Shown here: piece by piece, positions 36,983 through 48,997 of the stretch
Numbering within the stretch: the stretch's first letter is position 1
How the letters are laid out: every line of letters starts with the position of its first letter
From: Mobula hypostoma
Taxonomy: Eukaryota
DNA: 64,000 nucleotides
Assembly: GCF_963921235.1 (NCBI RefSeq)
Contig: NC_086097.1
Span: 129,272,001-129,336,000 of the forward strand
Direction of reading: 5' to 3'
Notes under the pieces: generated by a model
Seen by the model: only the letters and a program-made list of their open reading frames with translations
Databases searched by the model: none
Told to the model about the DNA's origin: nothing
Position numbers and translations under genes: made by a program

Positions 36983-37984
36983 ACTTAGAACTTCCACCCT
37001 TGCCTTTTTGCAAGAAGTAGAAGCAAATGAAAGTTCAGAAGTAAACAGCACAGTACCCAATATGAAATTCTATTCCATCCGCTTAAGCAAAGAGATTTAT
37101 ACCTTAAATCAACTGTTCTTCTTATGGGTTAAATAATAATGAAAATATATAAATATTGCAAGGCAGCAGATAATAGCACTGGGACAGGTGCTTTGGAGAA
37201 AAATGTTGATTTCTTGGGGGCTTTATTAGCTTGCCGTCTGCACAGCAGTTGAGAAAAGGCTGAAGCCAGCCAGACACAGCTGACAGGGCCAACAGCTGCT
37301 GTTTTGGCTTGATTTTGCTTTCTATTGCCGCACATTATAAGATTACCCAAGCTCATGCAGCTCGAGCTGGCCAAATCTTTGCGAGCAGTTTTGCCAACAG
37401 TGATTCCCTCACCTGAATGGTTCAAAATGAGACTCCTCACTCAGTGTTGTGGCCTTCCACGGTGCAAAAAATGGAATAGTTATTCACAAGCCTCTGCGGC
37501 ATCAGGTTATTGACATGTCACTCCAATAAGTTATTTGCTGTCACATACGTTGCTTGATATTTTCTCTGTTGCTGGGGAGAGCTCATTGCTAGAATTTTGG
37601 TTCAGTAGGCTAAGCATTTTAAACTACGGGTCTTCATTTCATAAATGTCAGAAATAATATTAGACGATTTCTTTAATATGGAAAGAAAATCATTTCAGGA
37701 AATCTAGTATTCCCTGACATTATTAACTGAGTAATAGCCCATTGATTTCTATTTTCACTGACACCATTCAATTATATATCTTTGTTTTAGAACTTGAGGT
37801 ATGGATGTGATGTCTCATTCCACACCATGAAACTCAGCTTGTTTAGGCCTTCCCTAATATTCTCGACCAAGATGGAAGTTTGAGGTAGGCCGCCTGCCTA
37901 TTCCAGAGCGTGATGCTTCAGAACTTCTGCTTGGAGCTCACTATATCTTCAGGTTGCAAATAGAAAGGGTTAACTTCCTCTAGT

Positions 37985-38527
37985 TCTCTACGTCCGGATG
38001 CAGTCAGAAAGAAGGCATCCAAGTTTGTAGCTCAACTTGATGAGGAGATTGAATGAGGTTCGGTATTCAGCAAAGATTCCCACAAATTTCAATATATGTA
38101 CAGGGGAGAGCGCTCTGACGCAACCTGGTATGGAAGGTCCAATACACAAGAGGTTGATGAGGGTTGTAGACTCTGCCATCTCCATCACAAGCTCAACGCA
38201 TCCCGACCATCAAGGACATCTTCAAGGATCTCTTCCTCAAGAAGATGGCACCCATCACAGAGGACCCTCACCATCCTCTCACGGATACGATCATGGAGGA
38301 GGCACAGAGGCCTGAAGACTCAACATTCAGTGATTCAGAAACACCCTTGTCCCCTCCACCATCAGATTTCTGAACAGTCCATAAAATCCATGACATCTAC
38401 CTTTTTTTTTGCACTATTTGCTTCCTTCTGAAATGCTTTTGTAATCTTATGTCTTTGCACTTTCTTGCTGCCACAAAACAGCAAATTCCACATCATATAA
38501 GTCAGTGATAATAAATCAGATTCTGAA
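37985..38527 (+). mobile_element. Rex1/Babar-type 3' fragment
   Basis: Homologous to 62430-62988; ends GTGATAATAAATCAGATTCTGA. Confidence 0.7.
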
Positions 38528-38713
38528 GTTACTGCAGTCGTGTGGGCTAGCCTGAGCCAGTCGAACCCACTGCATCACATTGGGTTCAGTCACCAAGCTT
38601 AAAGTGTAAAAATGAAACAAGTGTGCCTGAGAGATTTTCATAAAGCGAACCCCTTTATTGTAATACAAGCTTGCAGCAATCCATTGTGAACACACCAACC
38701 CACCAAACTATAT

Positions 38714-39000
38714 GGCACCATGGTAGCAGGGCAGTTAACGTGACGCCATTACAGCTTGGGGGGAGGGGTCAGAGATCAGAGTTCAATTACGATGCCATCT
38801 GTAAGGAGTCTGTATGTCCTCCCCACGGAATGCTCCAGTTTTCTCCCACAGTCCGGAGGCATACTGGGTAGGTTAAATGGTCATTGTAATTTGTCCCATG
38901 ATTAGGTTCGGTTTACATTGGAATTGGCTGGGGTTGCTGGTGCAGTGTGGCTCAGAGGGTCAGAAGGGCATTCTCCGCACTGTATCACTAAATAAATAAG
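38714..39000 (+). mobile_element. V-SINE
   Basis: GGCACCATGGTAGCAGGGCAGTT head, GAGTTCAATT B-box, V domain and AATAAATAA tail; paralog at 45716-46000. Confidence 0.8.
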
Positions 39001-39524
39001 CAAATGATACCTAACATGCTCGTACTGTACATCAATTAATCTCTGCAAGCAAGGGTAAAAGAATGCATGTTTTGTGACTCAGGCTGTGTACCACCATCAC
39101 TGGATTATTGAGCATGGTCGAGGGGAAAGAACCTTAGGGATTCCAATGCAAAAGGGGGAGATTTAGCCCATTACACATCGTCATATAGTCACACAGAAAC
39201 AGCTCTTCAGGGTATCTGGTCCATGTTGACCAAGATACCCATCCAAGCTAGTTCCATTTGCCAGCTTTTGGCCCAGAGCCTTCAAACTTTTTCCCATCTA
39301 TATACCTGCCCAACTGACTTTTAAAAGCTGTTATTACTCCTGCTTCAACTCATTCCATAGTCTCCACCACCCTCTGTGTGGGGAAAGTTGTAGTTTTATA
39401 AATCAGTACGGAGACCCTACCTCAGTTCTCAACAGTGGACATTAAGAGGCTTTTAAATAAACACATGAGTGAGCAGGGAATTGATAGATGTGGTTCAAGT
39501 GCAGGCAGAAGACAATTAGTTTCA

Positions 39525-39714
39525 CACATTAAAGTTGCTGGTGAACGCAGCAGGCCAGGCAGCATCTCTAGGAAGAGGTACAGTCGACGTTTCAGGCCGA
39601 GACCCTACGTCGACTGTACCTCTTCCTAGAGATGCTGCCTGGCCTGCTGCGTTCACCAGCAACTTTGATGTGTGTTGCTTGAATTTCCAGCGTCTGCAGA
39701 ATTCCTGTCGTTTG
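39525..39714. mobile_element. Miniature fold-back Penelope insertion with 15-bp TSD, inside a CR1 3' end
   Basis: Arms 39523-39590 and 39607-39674 differ by one mismatch; AGACAATTAGTTTCA occurs at 39510-39524 and 39715-39729. Confidence 0.93.
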
Positions 39715-39914
39715 AGACAATTAGTTTCATTTGGTATCATGTTCAGCATTGTGGACTGAAGGGTCTGTTCTATGTTCTGTGTTCTGTATTCTGTTATGTT
39801 TCCCTATCACACATAGAGAATGCAGCCATGTTAGAAGTGACATATTTAAGATGACTAAACTATATGACTATTCATATTTAAGATGACTTGACTATATGTC
39901 TTCCCACCCTGTCT

Positions 39915-40835
39915 CTCCTGTAAAAATGCTAATCCCTTTTCTCGATTCCTTTACCTCCAGTGCATCTGTTCCCAGGATGAGGGTTTCCTTTCTAGGACAT
40001 TAGAGATGTCTTCCTTCTTCAAAGAATGCCTCCACCTCTGTTGATGCTGCCCTCAACCACATATCCTCCATCACCTGGACATCCATGCTCACCCCATTTT
40101 CCTGCCACCTTAACAGGGAGAGAGTTCTTCCAGTCCTCAGCTACCTCCCCATGAGCCTCCCCACCTGACACATCATTCTTCGCTATTTCCGCAAACTTCC
40201 AACGGATCCTACCACCAATCACAACTTTACCTCTGCTCCCCCCACCCACCCGCCCATTCCCCGCTTTCTGCAGAGATCGCTCTCTCCATGGTCTCCTTGT
40301 TCATTCATCCCTGCCCACTAATCTACCACCTGGCGTTTATCCCTGTAAACAGCCTAAAAGCTACATCTGGCCCTTCACCTCCATTCAGAGCCTCAAACAG
40401 TCCTTCCAGGTGAGTCAACACTTCACCTCCTAATCTGCTGGGGTTGTCTATTGTATCCATTCCCATTCTGACATCTTATGTCATGCTGAAACAACCCTCA
40501 GGGTGGAGTAGCAACAACTTGTATTCCATCTGGTCAGCCTCCAATTTGATGGCACGGATATCGATTCCACCTCCCGATAGAAAAAATTCTCTCTCCTTCC
40601 CCTCTCCTCCCTCTCCCAGACCTCTTACCTCTTCTCACCTGCTTATCACCTGCCCCTAGTGCCCCTTTTCCTTCTCTTTCTCCGATGCTCCACTCTCCTC
40701 TGCTACCAGATTTCTTCTTCTCCAGCCCTTTACCTTTCCCACCCACCTGGCTTCACCTATCACCTACTAGCTATCCTCCTTCCCGTTCCTCCAGCCTTTT
40801 ATTCTGGAATTTTCCCCCTTCCTTTCCTTTTTTGT
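39915..40835 (+). mobile_element. Penelope fragment (RT C-terminus, partly deleted endonuclease, 3' repeat), decayed
   Basis: Reverse-complement homology to 52105-53050 and to 2419-2560. Confidence 0.8.
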
Positions 40836-40869
40836 TTTGAATCTCACACACACAGATTATAGTTTATAA

Positions 40870-41990
40870 AACCATAAGATATAGAAGCAGAATTAGGCCA
40901 TTCATTCCACCAAATCAACTCTGCCATTCAATCATGAAGAAATTCTCCTATTCCAAATTTTAAAATGAAATCCCTTTATTCTGAAGCTGTAGTTCTGCTT
41001 CCCAGACTTTACTGCTAATAGAAACATCCTCTCAATATCCATTCTATCCGGGGGTTTCAACATTCAGTAGATTTAAATGAGGTCCCTCCCTATTCTTCTG
41101 AACTCTACTGAGTATGGGCCCAGGGCCATCAAACACTTCTCAAACATTAAGTCTTTCATTCCTTGGATTATTGTTGTGAACCCCCTCCGAACAATCTCCA
41201 AAGCTAGCATATCTTTTCTTCAATATGGGTCCCAAAATTGCTTACATTATAACAAATATGGTCTGACCAATGCCTTATAGATTAGATTATGAGGACGCGC
41301 AGTCCTCTTTTATTGCCAGTTAGTAATGCATACATTAAGAAATGATACAATGTTCCTCCAGAATGATATCACAGAAACACAAGACAAATTAAGACTGAAA
41401 AACTGACAAAAACCAGATAATTATAACATATAGTTACAACAGTGCAAAGCAATACCTTAATTTGATAAAGAACAGACCATGGGCACGGTAAAAAAAAGTC
41501 TCAAAGTCTCTCGAAAGTCCCATCATCTCACACAGACGGTAGAAGGGAGAAACTCCAAGCACCGCAAATTTGCCGATGCAGTACCCTGGAAGCACCCGAC
41601 CACAGCCGACTGTTGAGTCTGTCCGAAAACTTCGAGCCTCCGACCAGCTCTCCTACACCAAGCACCGAGCACCATCTCTGCCGAGCACTTCTACCCCGGC
41701 CCCGGCAACAGGCAATAGGCAAAGCCGAGGATTTAGAGCCTTCTCCTCCGGAGATTCTCAATCGCACAGTAGTAGCGGCAGCGAAGCAGACATTTCAGAA
41801 GTTTCTCCAGATGTTCCTCCGTGTTTCTCACGTCTGTCTCCATCAAATCAGGATTGTGCACGGCCCCTATTTAACAAATACGATATCATTTCGGAGCGGC
41901 CGCGTGCACTGCATCGCACTGCCATCTTCTCCACCCCTCCAAGGCCTCATTACTACATCCTTGCTTTTATTTTCTAGTTTTTATAAAGGT
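40870..41990 (-). mobile_element. CR1 3' fragment interrupted by an insertion at 41281-41940
   Basis: Homologous to 19355-19945; CR1 sequence resumes at about 41941. Confidence 0.8.
41281..41940 (-). mobile_element. GC/CpG-rich non-autonomous retroelement (~660 bp)
   Basis: Cleanly interrupts CR1. Minus-strand 5' end GGAGAAGATGGCAG; 3' AATAAAAG followed by a TAATC-type tail. Confidence 0.65.
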
Positions 41991-42159
41991 TAATAGTATT
42001 TTATCAAAATAGAACTAACGTATTGGAATGAGCAGCCAGTGAGGATCCTGTAAACATTGGGAATGCCTCATTCGCCTGAATCTCCTCCTCAGGAATTGGA
42101 GATGCTGCTGTGCTTTCTTGACTAAAGAGGTGATGTTGAGGGACCCAGTGAAATCAACA

Positions 42160-42570
42160 TTCTCCCTGTTTCCTTAAGGTGCTCCGACTTCTTCCATATC
42201 CCATGGATGTGTAGGTTGGTAGGTTACTGGCTGCCATAAGTCACCTCTACTGTGTGAGTGAGTGCTAGAATCTTGGATGAGTTGATGGGAACATGTGTAA
42301 ATGGGTGCTCGATGGTTGGTTCAGACTTGGTTGGCCAAAGGCCTGTTTCCGTGTTGTATGATGCAATGCACTGGCAGAATCATTTTCAAACACATATTAG
42401 GTGAATTCTCCGCAGTGACCAGGCCCCACGTCCTTGTAATGTGAGAGGAAACCAGAACACCATGAAAAGCCCATTTGGTAACAGGGGAAACATGCAAACG
42501 CCACACAGACAGCAGTGGAACAGATTGAACCTGGGTCACTGGAGCTGTAAGGCAGCAGCTGCAGTAGCTG
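42160..42570. mobile_element. Two V-SINE copies, tail to tail (+ ~42160-42360, - ~42395-42570)
   Basis: V-domain motifs on both strands; minus-strand B-box GGTTCAATCTG. Confidence 0.65.
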
Positions 42571-43680
42571 TGTCTCCATCAGCATCCCCGTCATCACCGT
42601 AGTATATGTGGGAACTTGCTGGGCAAAATGTCATTGTCACACCTCCTACCTCCCACTCTGTTGTAAAAACTACACACACTATTCTGTGGGCCAGTTTACA
42701 GAAACAGATCATCATACATGCATTACTTCATCATGTACTTACAAACATGAATTTCTACTTTATCAGTGAACAATTAACCCATACTTTAGAGTCAGACTTT
42801 TCTCTTTAATTCAGAATAAAGAACATTTCAGACAAAAGTAGCTCATTGGCTGGAAAGCAGGTTGGGATGTGCCCAGGTTGTAAATACGCAATAGAAATTA
42901 TTTTATTTTCTTATTTGAACGTAGCACTTACAGTATGACAAACTTTGCTTTCTGTACAGGCAGCCAAAAATTCCCGCCCACATTTTCCACATGACAGCAG
43001 TTGAGTGCTGAGACTTGACACAGACAGTCTGTTGGCACACACTATTGTTCTCTTGCTCGGAACCATCAGCAAGCATGATAAAACAATAATAATAGCCTGC
43101 TCACTAAGGTGCATTTCACTTAAACAGATTACACAAACATCTGTTCAATTCTCATCAGAAGCCCATGGCCTAGTTCTCAGTTGCTTCATTACCAAGGGAG
43201 TGTGCTGCTTGTGCAGGGTCTTTAAACGCAGAGCTGTATTTACAGCTTGATTGAAATTAGCTGTTTCTGATTCCCCCGTGGGGAGTCAAGGATGTCCGAC
43301 TGTCTGCGGCCTGCTGTGTACTCTTGGTCAACTTTCCCAGTTTTTATCCAGTACTCAGTATACGATGGCCTGGGATTTTACTGGTTCGAGGAAATGAGTT
43401 TTGGTTTTGGCTCCCTCATTGCCTGCTGTGGCACTGGGTTAGTGTTCTTACCCCAAATTGGAAAGCTGTAGTTCAAGTCCTGCTCTGGAGACATGATTAT
43501 GAATAGCTGGGTTAATGTCCCAGTGCAATACAGTGGGATTTAAGGACGTAGAACATGGAACAGCACAACACAGGAAAAGGCTCTTTGGCCCACAATATTA
43601 TGCTGAAATAATTAAGTTATTGACACTAAATCCCTCTGTCTGTGCATGGTCCATATCCCTCCATTCTCTATATAGTCATG

Positions 43681-44183
43681 CTGTACTGTGCAAAAGCCAT
43701 AGGCACCTATATATAGCTGTAATTATTCTATGTATTGGACTGTACTGCCGCCATAAAGAAAAAAACATGACATATGTGAGTGATAATAAACCTGATTCTG
43801 GTGTGGGTTTCTATTCTGAACTGAGAATGGGAAGGGTGTAGGGAGAGGGGAATCATGGTTGGGATAAGGGGAAGGGAGAGGGGAGGGAGCGGGAAGTATC
43901 AGAGAGATATTCTGTAATGATCAATAAACCAATTGTTTAGAATCAACTGACATTGCCTGGTGTCTCAAGGTTGGGTGAGCCTACTCCCACGCTACCCCTC
44001 TCCCCGGCCCCGGCACTCCACCTATCCCAAACCCCTCCCATGGCGCTCAGCCTCACCGTTCCCACCAACCTTTGCTCCCACCAGATTTACAGACTTGCTC
44101 TGTCCACTCCACATTGACAAGTACAGAACTGTGCAGAAGTCCTAGTACCCTAGATATATGCCTGAGACTTCTGCACAGTACTG
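43681..44183. mobile_element. Composite Tc1-like MITE
   Basis: TIR-like CTGTACTGTGCAAAAGCCATAGGCA at 43681 and TGCCTGAGACTTCTGCACAGTACTG+TA at 44159-44185; a third TIR copy starts at 44124. Confidence 0.7.
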
Positions 44184-44436
44184 TATCCAAAAGATCTTAA
44201 ATGCCTCTATCGTATCTGCCTCCACCACCACCACCCAAGCAGCATATTCCAGGAACCCAGCACTCTCTGTGTGAAAAAAAACTTGTCCATATATCTCTTT
44301 TGAACTTTTCCCGTCTCACCTTAAATGCATGCCTTTTGGTACTAGACATTTCAACCCAAAGGAAAATATCATATCTGCTCCTCATACTTGTATAAAATCC
44401 CCTCAGCTTTCACTGCTCCAGAGAAAACAACACAAC

Positions 44437-44535
44437 TTAGTTCTGATGAAGGGTCTCAGCCTGAAATGTTGACTCACTTGCTTAGATGCTGCCTGACTTG
44501 CTGAGTTCCTCCAGCATTCTTGTGTTCTTCTTGTG
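44437..44535 (+). mobile_element. Penelope 3' repeat fragment starting at a hammerhead motif
   Basis: TAGTTCTGATGAAGGGTCTCAGCCTGAAATGTTGACT followed by AGATGCTGCCTGACTTGCTGAGTTCCTCCAGCA. Confidence 0.75.
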
Positions 44536-45715
44536 TTTACCTAGCTTGTCCAACTTCTTCTTATAGCGCATAATTTGAGGACCCCTTAGAACCTGTCCAT
44601 ACAACGATGCATGCAGTCAATGAATGCACTTTGAGGTCAGCTTCCAAAATCTACTTCTGCATTTGGCATGAATATGAGGATAATTTGATATCTTTTGCTG
44701 AGACATTAATCTGAGCTCATATTTATTTACTTTGGTGTCTGTAACAAAGCACATCTGGCATGACTTTGAAAAAAAGCAGCAGAATTACCCTGCTTGAATG
44801 ACATTGGAGGGGTGTGAACCTTAATAAAAAAAATCATTTACATCACTAAATGCAAGCCCTAACTTTCTGCACTGAGCTTAATTTGTTGATACAATATAAA
44901 TGCAGCAAATTCCTGTTCAGGGAGAGGTTGAGGTTAGCCACTGATGTCTCAGGTTTAATGTTGGTGCACTGCAAATCTCCCAGCAATTGGCAGTAATTTG
45001 CAACTCGTAACATATCTGCTGCAAAAGTCGCTGACTTGCTTATTGATAATAGAATAGCACTAAATTGGAATTAATCTCCTCACAAATTCTGAACAAATAT
45101 TTATGCTTGTGCAAGTCTGACACTGTGAGCCAATTGCCAGTTCAGTTGTGAACGCAGTTTGCTAATTTACTTGCTTGCACTGGTGGTCATTTTATGCACT
45201 AACTTCTGTACTGCAGATGTAACTGAAGCACAATTCATTTGTACTTGCTTCTATTAAAGTACAAAATGCAGTTTTAGAATACAATAACTCATGATCAATA
45301 GTCAATGCCTCCACAAATTGTCACTGGAGTTTCTTCATGGTGATAATCATAAATATGCAATTAGTCACACAGCAAGTAACAGGCCGAGGCTATTCAGCCC
45401 CTCGGGAGTTTTCCATCATTCTATTAGACAATGGCTGTCCTGTATCCCACCTTCTTTCCCCACACTGGGTGCACATTCCGTGATAACTTAGAGGCAAAAC
45501 AGATTGGAATCTGGAGCTAAAAAAACAAGCCACTGGAGGAACTTACTAAGTCAGGCAGCACGTATAGAAAGATACGGACATCCGACGCGAAAGGTCGAGA
45601 CCCTGCATCTAATTAGTCCAGGCGAAGGGTCTCAGCCAAAATACTGATGGTTCATTTCACTCCACAGATGATGCCTGATCCTTTGATAACCCAAACTAGC
45701 AAAAACAACATTAGA

Positions 45716-46000
45716 CAGCACAGTAGCTTAGTAGTTAGCACAATGCTTTACAGTACAGGCGAGCGCGCTTCGATTTCCGCCGCTACCTGTAAGGAGTTTG
45801 TATGTTCTTCCCTTGACTGCGTGTGTTTCCTCTGGGTGCTCTGGTTTCCTCCCACAGTCCAAAGGCATACAGGTTGGTAGGTTAATTAACCATTGAAAAT
45901 TGTCCCATAATTAGGCTAAGGTTTAAATTGTGGGATTGCTGAGCTGAGTGGCTCGAAGTACTGGAAGGGCCTATTCCGCACTGTACTTCAATAAATAATA
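45716..46000 (+). mobile_element. V-SINE
   Basis: CAGTAGCTTAGTAGTTAGCAC head; GTAAGGAGTTTGTATGTTCTTCCC...GGTTTCCTCCCACAGTCCAAAG V domain; AATAAATAA tail. Confidence 0.85.
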
Positions 46001-46614
46001 TCAAGATTTCAAATGACACTTCAATATCTAGAGTCTTCTGAAAGAAGAAGACTTTAATGTTTTGTACTCTTTGTGTGAAAGAACTATTTCTAATTGCAAC
46101 CAAAGAAAGCCTGACTCTGGTTTGAAGATGGTGCCCTTGTGTTTGGATCCCTGAACTAATCCGTAATTTCACCCATTTCCAAAGGCAGCTTTAGGCACTT
46201 CCTTATTAGAATTTCCTACCTCAGCCTCCTTGACTAACAACTAAAGAATGCCATAGGACATAGAACAGCACAGTACAGGCACTTGGGCCCACAATGTTGT
46301 GCCAAACATTTAATCTACTCTGATGCCCCTGTAACAGTTTTTGCTCTGGGAGCTGAGTGAAGCAGCAACTGAATTTGTTCATTTTCTTTGTGGAGACAAT
46401 CATGTGTTACTATTTTAAAGGAATACTGAAAATGGAGAGAGATGCAGAATGGATGCTTTGAATAATGCAGAAATGCACTCTGGCCACAATGGAAAACAAG
46501 TTAATCATCTTCCCCATTTAAGTTACCTTCTTGAGCCTCAGCAACTGCCAAAACAAACCTTACTTTACTCTGCTAAAACAATATAAGCTGTAACTAATAA
46601 CGATTGTGAGGCCA

Positions 46615-47045
46615 AATGAGATTTATTTCCCCTCCATGGACTCTGTCTACACTGCTTTCCACCTCAGAAAAGCAGCCAACATAATCAAAAAACACCACCC
46701 ACCATGGATATTTTCTCTTCTCCCCCCTCCCATCAGGAAGATAAAAGGCCTGAAAGCATGTACTACCAGACTCAAGGACAGATTCTATCCTGCTGTTATA
46801 AGATTATTGAATGGACCTTGTACGACAAGATGGATTCCTGATCTTGTTGTCTGCCTTCACTGTACTTCTCTGTTACTGTAACACTATTTTCTGCATTTTG
46901 TTATTGTTTTTTTCTTTGTACCGTACTACCTTGATATATTGATATGGTGAAATGATCTGTGTGGATGGCATATACAGTAAAACAAAGCTTTTCGTTGCAT
47001 CTCAGTACATGTGACAATGGAAAACCAATTTCCAATTACCAAATC
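46615..47045 (+). mobile_element. Rex1/Babar-type 3' fragment
   Basis: LRKAANIIK...LKACTTRLKDRFYPAVIRLLN. Confidence 0.75.
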
Positions 47046-47099
47046 AGCTATGGACCCAGCTTGAATTTTTTTCCAATGGTATCATCCACTTCACACTCA

Positions 47100-47465
47100 G
47101 AACATTGATAGTTACCCTACAGTAAATGACGAATTTAGGTACTGTAGGAACTTCAGAAGTCAAATTGCACACAACAAGCTCCCACACACAGATATGTGAT
47201 AACAAACAGATACCTATTGTACTTACTTAAAAGCAAAACACTGAATCTGAAACAAAGAGAGGAAGTGCTGGAAACACTCAACAAGTCAAACGGCATATGT
47301 GGAGAAAGAAACGTGATTAACTTTTCAAGTCTTTCCTCAGATTTCTGAATACTTCCAGCACTTTTTGGTTTTGTTTTACTCTATTTTAATGATGTCAAAG
47401 TTGGAATAAGCATATTACCCAGAATACTGCCAATAAGCCCCTAGTTTTGTAACTGTGCCATAGAA
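47100..47465 (-). mobile_element. Deu-domain SINE remnant with a small Penelope-derived insertion (~47232-47378)
   Basis: CAAATTGCACACAACAAGCTCCCACA resembles the reverse complement of the Deu motif. Confidence 0.5.
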
Positions 47466-48689
47466 TGTATTTGTTCTAAAATATTTCATTGTGAATCTGT
47501 TGGAACCAAGTAGTGCAGAGAGAAACACTTCACCCTGAAGCAAAGGGTGAACCGGGACAAGTGAGTAGGTGTGGACAAGTTAGACTTTACTGCATGCAAC
47601 ATTTTCCGCTTGACTTCACTGCCACTGATTATAGCCACCGAGGCAGAGTTAATAAGAGAGCAAAGCTGGCTGTCAGGGCCGATTAGTGAGCACAAGGAGA
47701 TCGAACAAGGGAAGAATGCAGTCATTATTATTTATGGTCATTAACGGGGTTGAGTTCAGTCTTTCAGTGTCATACCTGAGATGCAGAAAAGTGTGCAACA
47801 ACAGAATATGCCAATAGCTGGCAAGCTTAACCCATGTTTACTTTGGCACATGCGGTGCTGCAATGAAGTTGTTTGTAAATATACTGCTGACTAGATTGTC
47901 AATCTGCAAATATTCATTTGCAGGGATATACTTTTCCCCAGCAAGTTGCCAATGAGCTGTGTTGGTCACGACACATTTCTTTCCACCATTATGTGTGTGC
48001 TTTCATTAGTCTCAACTGGCTGTCAGTTCCCCTTAGGAAGAACCACACCATTAGAGAAAGGAAGAAGTCAATCTGAATGGTGCTATCAGAACATCCCAAT
48101 GCTCCCAACATATTGTGAAAAGTAGCCAATAGCATCATCCAATTTTGCATCAGCTACCATAAGTAGCATAATAACCATAATTTAGATTAAATATTGGCTT
48201 GGGCAAGAGGAAGAGCTCCCCTGCTCCTCTTCAGTAGAGTGCCCTGGGATCTATTAGATCCAATTGTAAAGGCAAACAGTATAATGGCTCACTGGAGCAT
48301 CAACACATCTGATAATCTGCACTCCCTCCACAGTGCATTACATTCAAAGGGTCACAGCACAGAAACAGACCCTATTGCCCACTACATTCATGCTGGAGTT
48401 CTTTCCCATCCACCCATCTACATTAATCCCATTTTCCCAGCCCACATAGGTCTGTATCCTTGTATGATTTGCCTAGTTAAGTGCCTCCCCAAATACCGAG
48501 AGATCGTGTTTGATTCCTTCACTTCCTCTGGCAGCACATTCTAGATATCAACCACAATCTATTTAAAGCAATGTTTCCCTCAGATCCTCCTTTAAAACTT
48601 TTTGCTTTCATCTTAAAACTATCAACTCTTGTTTTTGATAATATCAACTTTGGGATAAATATTCTTACAATCGATCCTATCTTACTCAC

Positions 48690-48860
48690 TGCCTATCATG
48701 CCACTGTCATTTAGGACAGTAATAAAGGTCCTCCATCTCAGTCTGTCCTTGGCCATCTTCTATACTGTGCCCCAGGTGTGATTCAGGGTCCTCATTTCTG
48801 CCTCCACGGTATGTTGCCAAATTGCCTTTAGTCTTCCGCATTTCCTCTGCCCAACAGGGG
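48690..48860 (-). mobile_element. Short RTE-type 3' fragment inside a CR1 remnant (48350-48990)
   Basis: Minus-strand ...TGGGGCACAGTATAGAAGATGGCCAAGGACAGACTGAGATGGAGG... resembles an RTE C-terminus; (TAAG)-like tail. Confidence 0.55.
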
Positions 48861-48997
48861 TTAAATATCCTATCCATGCCACTAATAATTTTATATATCC
48901 TTTCAGGGCATTTCTCTGTTTCCTTCACTCCAGGGAAAGCAATCTCACTCCATCTAATCTCTACCCATAACCAAACTCATTCAATTCACACAGCATC

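Larger units (their letters stand above)
43545..44570 (-). mobile_element. CR1 3' fragment hosting a Tc1 MITE and a Penelope fragment
   Basis: Homologous to 1140-1580; KRHAFKVRREKFKRDI...FFSHR. Confidence 0.8.

Noticed and set aside
39841..39900. Two-copy ~32-bp tandem duplication
   Set aside because: Ordinary local slippage duplication with only two units.
41528..41993. Three overlapping ORFs of 79-135 aa
   Set aside because: They lie in a GC-rich retroelement insert where stop codons are scarce; no domain recognised.
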